NCBI GenBank assembly: GCA_963666215.2
Contig: CAXWPL010000004.1
Span: 320,001-384,000, forward strand
Source: Acidobacteriota bacterium
GTDB taxonomy: Bacteria; Acidobacteriota; UBA890; WLXD01
Length of the DNA: 64,000 bases
Direction: 5' to 3'
In this document: positions 59,193 through 64,000 of the stretch, piece by piece
Numbering within the stretch: position 1 is the first letter of the stretch
Layout of the letters: every line of letters begins with the position of its first letter
The notes under the pieces: model-generated
The model's input: only the letters and a program-made list of their open reading frames with translations
Told to the model about the DNA's origin: nothing
Databases searched by the model: none
Made by a program: the position numbers and the translations under genes

Positions 59193-59351
59193 TAGCGTGC
59201 CGGCAACGGCAAAGAGCAGGGCTGCGACGATCGGGCCGGATACCGTTCTCACGATGGCGAGCGTACACGCATCGGACCACCAAGCAACAGTGACAGCCAC
59301 TGCCGCAGCTGCAGATAGCGCTGCGGCGCTGCCAAGACAAGATCGCTCCTT

Positions 59352-60956
59352 CTAGAAGACGACGGGCGGGGCCAGCGGTTCGTCCAGAGGCAGCCGGTAG
59401 GCGGCTGCCTCCTGCGCGTTGCGCACCACGACGATGTCGCCGTACAGGGCGAAGTTGTTCCAGGTGTGCCCGTCGATGGCCTGAATCTGACCCAGCACGT
59501 TGTTGGTGCTCTCCGGGCTCGCCTCAACCATGAAGAGCTCGCCTTCCTCACTCAGCACGAGCAGAACATCGCCGACGAGGAGGATCTGGCCGTGGTTGTA
59601 GCGCCCGGCCTTCCAGGCGCGTTCTCCGGTGGCGAGATCAACGCACTCGAGGATCCCCTCGGACAGTCCGTAGACGAATCCGTCCTTGATGGCCACATTC
59701 GTGAGCTTGGTGCGGAGCACTCGAGATGAGTGCCACATCTGTTCCGCCGAGAAGGTGCCGTCGGCCCTGGCCACGAGTCGATACAGCGCGGCGCCGGTGC
59801 CATAACCCTTCGAGACGAACACCTTGTCGGGCGCAACAGGCTGCGCCTGCGAAGTTGACGCGTTGCCGGCTGTCGTCCCCGGCCAAGGGAACTCCCACAG
59901 CTGACGGCCGGTTGCCACCTCGTGACCGGTGACGAAGCCCTCGTTCACCATGAGGACCTGGCCGACGCCGGCCAGGATGCCATGGTCGGGCGACGCCATG
60001 CTGATGTTGTACTTGCCCGACTCCCACAGCACCTCGCCGTGAGCCTTCTGGTAGGCGATCACCGACACGCGATTATCAGCAGAGCCGCCCACACCAACGA
60101 TCAGAGCGTCGCCCACAATCAACGGCGACGTGGCCCGACCGTACTGAACGTTGGCGTTCTCTTCGAGCTGGCTGACGCGGTAGTCGCGCAGAATGTCGCG
60201 GTCCCACATGAGCTCTCCGGTTGCGCCGTTGAGGGCAACCAGGTGTCCCCGGACACCCATCGCGTAGACAACACCTTGGTGGATCAGCGGCGTGCTCCGC
60301 GGGCCCGCACCCATCATGTGCTCGAACGCCTCGCCGATCTCGGTGGCCCACAACAGCTCGCCAGTCGCAACGTCGTACAACGTCACCAGCTCGACGCCCT
60401 CGCGCTCTTCGAGGGTGGCGGCGTAGCCGTTGACGACAGCGTAGCCTCCAAGGCCGATGCCGATGGGTTGCTTCCACAGCAGTTCGGGAGGCGCTGCCTG
60501 CCAGTCGCGCGCCAGACGCACGTTGTCGACCCGCAGATTGCGGGCGCTGCCGAGGAACCCTGTGAAGTCGTACGTGGTACTCGACAGCAGATCGATGGCG
60601 CGCGATCCCGCCAAGGCCGACCGATCCAAGCCAGGCCCGCTGCTTCCCGTGCCTCTCAGCCCCAGGATCGGCAGCATCGTACCCGACATGCCACGTTGCT
60701 CAACCACCAACGGTAGGGCCACAAGAACAACAACCACCGCCGCGGCACTGCCCCAGCGGAGTCGTGCACTGTGACCCGAGTGCAAGACGAACCAGGCCCC
60801 GCCCACGACAACCGAAAGGGCCACCACGACGAAGGTCGCGAGGTTCGTGAAGCCCGAATCTCCGAGATCGATAACAGTTCGCAACGCAACGAGCACGATC
60901 AGCGCGACGATCCAAACAGCCCAGAGCCAGCGCGGCGGAGACTTATGGCGTGTCAT
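59352..60956 (-). CDS. Membrane-anchored PQQ-binding-like beta-propeller protein
   Basis: Three N-terminal TMs; repeated ATGE.LW motifs; GPRSTP. Confidence 0.85.
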   Translation of the reverse strand: MTRHKSPPRWLWAVWIVALIVLVALRTVIDLGDSGFTNLATFVVVALSVVVGGAWFVLHSGHSARLRWGSAAAVVVVLVALPLVVEQRGMSGTMLPILGLRGTGSSGPGLDRSALAGSRAIDLLSSTTYDFTGFLGSARNLRVDNVRLARDWQAAPPELLWKQPIGIGLGGYAVVNGYAATLEEREGVELVTLYDVATGELLWATEIGEAFEHMMGAGPRSTPLIHQGVVYAMGVRGHLVALNGATGELMWDRDILRDYRVSQLEENANVQYGRATSPLIVGDALIVGVGGSADNRVSVIAYQKAHGEVLWESGKYNISMASPDHGILAGVGQVLMVNEGFVTGHEVATGRQLWEFPWPGTTAGNASTSQAQPVAPDKVFVSKGYGTGAALYRLVARADGTFSAEQMWHSSRVLRTKLTNVAIKDGFVYGLSEGILECVDLATGERAWKAGRYNHGQILLVGDVLLVLSEEGELFMVEASPESTNNVLGQIQAIDGHTWNNFALYGDIVVVRNAQEAAAYRLPLDEPLAPPVVF

Positions 60957-61008
60957 GGAAAGGACCTCGTGGGGATGACCTGGAAATGTACGGGATGGCG
61001 CACGATCC

Positions 61009-64000
61009 TCACTCGCTGGCCTCGCTGTCCTCGCTGTCCTCGGCCCGCTTCAGCAGCACCCGCATGCCGTTCTGTCCGACCAGCTCGTTGAAGGCTGCGA
61101 GATCAACAGCATAGATCTCGTGAATCTGATCGATGAGCGGCTGCAGCATGGGCTCGAGATCGGCCCACCGTTCCTTCACTCCGCTTCCGAGCGGAGCCAC
61201 TCCCCCGGCGGCGGCACCGTAGAGGGTGTTGAACTGCTGATCGAGACGGCCAGGGAAGTTCAGCGAGTCCTGGCCGCCCTCGCCCTCGAGTTGAGTCAGC
61301 TCGCCCTCGACCGCCGTGAGCTTCGCGTTCAACGCGCTGGCTGCCGTCGAGGCCTCGTCGCCGTAGCCCGCATCGGCGAGCTGACTGCCAACGCCGGTGG
61401 TCTGCTCCTTCACGGAGCGCAGCTGCGCGACTTCGTCGTAGAGAAGCTTCGCCGCCTCGCCTACTTCGCGCGTCAGTCGAATCTGCTCCTCGTAGTCGGC
61501 CTGCGTTGCCGTGGAGTTCGGGTTGGCGGCGTATTCGAGGGTCTTGGTGTCGCTCCATTCGCCCATCGACAGCGTCACGGTGTAGGTACCCGGCACGGCG
61601 GCCGGACCAAAGCCCCCGCCAAAGCCCCACTGCACGGTGCCGTCGGGGATGTCGTAAATCGACGGCCAGCGGCCGGTGAACGGCTGGGTGTTCAAGCCCG
61701 GCGCCACCGACAGAGCGTCACCTCCGCCACGGAAGATCGACAGATCGATGCCGAAGACGGTGTCGCCGCGCTTCACACCCTCGATGAACTGGGCACGGAA
61801 CTCCTCGGGCACGAACGAGGGCACGCGGGTGTCTTCGTCGCCACCGCCACCCTCGGCCACGATGCCTTCCTTGTCGGAGAACACAACACCGTCGGGCCCG
61901 ACAATCTGCAGGCTCACCGGGGTACGCGAGACTTCATTCACGATGAAGGCGATTTGGGCGCTGCCGCCGCCTTGCACGCCGTCGGTGGGATCAAGCAGAG
62001 CGATCGGCGCTTCCAAGACGTCGGCCGTGAGCTGCGACAGCACCGAGAAGTCGTCGAGCACGTAGAACGCCCGACCCTGGGTCGAAAGCACCAGGTCGCC
62101 GTCCTTGATGACGATGTCGGTCACGGGCACCACGGGCAGGTTCAGCTGAAACGACTGCCAGTGGGCACCATCGTCGAACGAGACGTACATGCCGAACTCG
62201 GTGCCCGCGAACAGCATGCCCCGGCGATTGCGGTCCTCGCGCACAACGCGCACGAAGTGGTCGTCGGGAATGCCGTTGGTGCCATCGCTGAGCTGGGTCC
62301 AAGAAACCCCGTAGTCGTTGGTCTGGAAGATGTACGGGCGGAAATCCTGCTCGCGGTACTTGAACACCGCGATGTGGGCGCGACCCGGATCGTGCGCCGA
62401 CAGGTCGATCATGTTCACCGTGCCACCCACTGGGAGGTTGTCGGGCGTGATGTCATCCCAGGTGCCGCCGTTGTCCCGCGACAGGTGCACGAGCCCATCG
62501 TCGCTGCCGGCCCACAGCAGGCCTGCGGTCTGCGGCGATTCCTCGAAGGCGAAGATCGTGGTGTAGACCTCGACACCGGTGTTGTCCTGGGTGATCCCGG
62601 TGCTGCCCGAGTAGCCCTGCATCTCGGTGTTGTTCGTCGTGAGATCGGGAGAGATCACCTCCCAGTCGAGACCGGCGTTTCGGGTCCGGTGCACGTACTG
62701 AGACGTGTGGTAGACAACATCCGGGTCGTGCGGCGAGATGCGAATCGGCGCGTTCCACTGGAAGCGGTACTTCATGTCCGAAGCCTGCTGTCCGGTGGGC
62801 CCGTCCTCGTAGGCCCGCACGCTACGGGTCACCCCCGTCGAACGATCCATGCGCGTTATGGTGCCGCCGTAGCTGCCCGCATAGATGACGTCGTTGTCGC
62901 GTGGATCCACGGCTATGTGACCACTCTCGCCGCCACCCACCTGGAAGAACTCGGCGCCGCCGAGCCCAAACAGGCCGCCGCCACCGCCGGCGGCCGACAT
63001 GGCCGCCGTTGAGTTGTCCTGCTGCGCGCCGTACACGTTGTACGGCGTGTCGTTGTCGACGGTGACTCGGTAGAACTCGGCCGTCGGCTGGTTCATCTGT
63101 TCCGAGAAGGTCTGTCCACCGTTGAGCGAGATGTTCGCTCCTCCGTCGTTGCCGTTCACCAGGTACTTCGGGTTGTCCGGGTTGAGCCACAGGTCGTGGT
63201 TGTCGCCGTGTCGCGGCTGGAACGCCGTGGGAAACGTCGCGCCACCGTCGATCGACTTGTAGAAACCCGTGTTGAGCGAGTACACGGTGTCGGGATCGAC
63301 CGGGTCGGCGAAGATGTGGATGTAGTACCAGGCGCGCTGCACCAACTTGCGGTCCTTGGCCATGGGCCGCCAGGTGTCGCCGCCATCGTCGGAGCGATAT
63401 ACACCGCCCTGCGAACCGGGCGCCTCAACCAGGGCCCACACACGCTGCGGCATCGGCGGAGAAACCGTCACGTCAATCTTGCCAACCACACCACCCGGAA
63501 GGCCGCCTCCGAGCTTTTCCCAGCTCTCGCCACCGTCCTTGCTACGCCAAACGCCGCCTTCCTCACTGCCGGAGTGAATCGTCCACGGGTTGCGGTAAAC
63601 GCTCCACGCCGTGGCGTAAAGAATGCGCGGGTTCGACGGATCGATCTCGATGTCGTTGAACCCGGTGGTGTCGGAGACGTGGAGGATCTTGTCCCAGGTG
63701 GCGCCGCCATCGGAGGTCTTGTACAGGCCACGCTCCTCGTTGGGCCCGAAGATGTTGCCGAGGACCGCCGCGTAGACGACGTCGGGGTTGTCGGGGTGCA
63801 CCGCCATCTCGGGAATCTGGACGAAGCCCGGGCTCCAGACGTGCGACCAGCTCTTGCCAGCGTCGGTGGACTTGTAGATGCCGTCACCCACCGAGATGTT
63901 GCCGCGCGGGCATCCGGAGCCGGTGCCGACGTAGATGACGTTAGGGTCGGAGGGAGCGATGTTGATGTCGCCGATCGAAGCCACGTCGAAGAAACCGCCG
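61009..64000 (-). CDS. BNR/VPS10 beta-propeller glycosyl hydrolase-like protein (5' end outside window)
   Basis: Multiple Asp-box SxDGGxxW repeats; YRFQWNAPI; HGDNHDLW. Confidence 0.88.
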   Translation of the reverse strand, partial: GGFFDVASIGDINIAPSDPNVIYVGTGSGCPRGNISVGDGIYKSTDAGKSWSHVWSPGFVQIPEMAVHPDNPDVVYAAVLGNIFGPNEERGLYKTSDGGATWDKILHVSDTTGFNDIEIDPSNPRILYATAWSVYRNPWTIHSGSEEGGVWRSKDGGESWEKLGGGLPGGVVGKIDVTVSPPMPQRVWALVEAPGSQGGVYRSDDGGDTWRPMAKDRKLVQRAWYYIHIFADPVDPDTVYSLNTGFYKSIDGGATFPTAFQPRHGDNHDLWLNPDNPKYLVNGNDGGANISLNGGQTFSEQMNQPTAEFYRVTVDNDTPYNVYGAQQDNSTAAMSAAGGGGGLFGLGGAEFFQVGGGESGHIAVDPRDNDVIYAGSYGGTITRMDRSTGVTRSVRAYEDGPTGQQASDMKYRFQWNAPIRISPHDPDVVYHTSQYVHRTRNAGLDWEVISPDLTTNNTEMQGYSGSTGITQDNTGVEVYTTIFAFEESPQTAGLLWAGSDDGLVHLSRDNGGTWDDITPDNLPVGGTVNMIDLSAHDPGRAHIAVFKYREQDFRPYIFQTNDYGVSWTQLSDGTNGIPDDHFVRVVREDRNRRGMLFAGTEFGMYVSFDDGAHWQSFQLNLPVVPVTDIVIKDGDLVLSTQGRAFYVLDDFSVLSQLTADVLEAPIALLDPTDGVQGGGSAQIAFIVNEVSRTPVSLQIVGPDGVVFSDKEGIVAEGGGGDEDTRVPSFVPEEFRAQFIEGVKRGDTVFGIDLSIFRGGGDALSVAPGLNTQPFTGRWPSIYDIPDGTVQWGFGGGFGPAAVPGTYTVTLSMGEWSDTKTLEYAANPNSTATQADYEEQIRLTREVGEAAKLLYDEVAQLRSVKEQTTGVGSQLADAGYGDEASTAASALNAKLTAVEGELTQLEGEGGQDSLNFPGRLDQQFNTLYGAAAGGVAPLGSGVKERWADLEPMLQPLIDQIHEIYAVDLAAFNELVGQNGMRVLLKRAEDSEDSEASE

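Noticed and set aside
47510-64000. Right boundary of the second ssrA element
   Set aside because: No third copy of the att core or GTCTCCA arm pair seen by eye, so its extent cannot be called.

Overview
High-GC bacterial chromosome segment; the gene repertoire suggests Acidobacteriota (inference only). 1-15.5 kb is housekeeping and envelope genes: M20, M23 and S41 peptidases, an SGNH hydrolase, a Tat-exported GH99-like protein, gatCA, tatD, a stand-alone tRNA-binding domain, radC and an ECF sigma/anti-sigma operon. The tmRNA gene ssrA (15655-16003, tag ANTPVALAA) follows. A ~31-kb glycan-modification island is integrated at its 3' end, bounded by a 27-bp direct repeat (15978-16004 / 47041-47067). 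The island carries about 13 glycosyltransferase-like genes, 2 sulfotransferases, 3 methyltransferase domains, an FAD oxidoreductase and an ABC exporter. It has no intact integrase but keeps integrase arm-type repeats at both ends plus an orphan internal end at 26.2 kb, pointing to tandem accretion of related, now non-autonomous elements. It is heavily scarred: IS256 in a sulfotransferase, a frameshifted IS481, IS3 and IS1-like relics, exact tandem duplications, and two GT4 paralogues disrupted at the same inter-domain linker. Some of these lesions may be assembly artefacts. Right of the island are an integrase/IS3 relic, a lipoprotein, AddAB-like helicase-nuclease genes, an AAA_14/DUF4143 ATPase with tandem palindromic operators over its start codon, Fic and ECF pseudogenes, a PQQ-type beta-propeller and a partial BNR/VPS10 protein.
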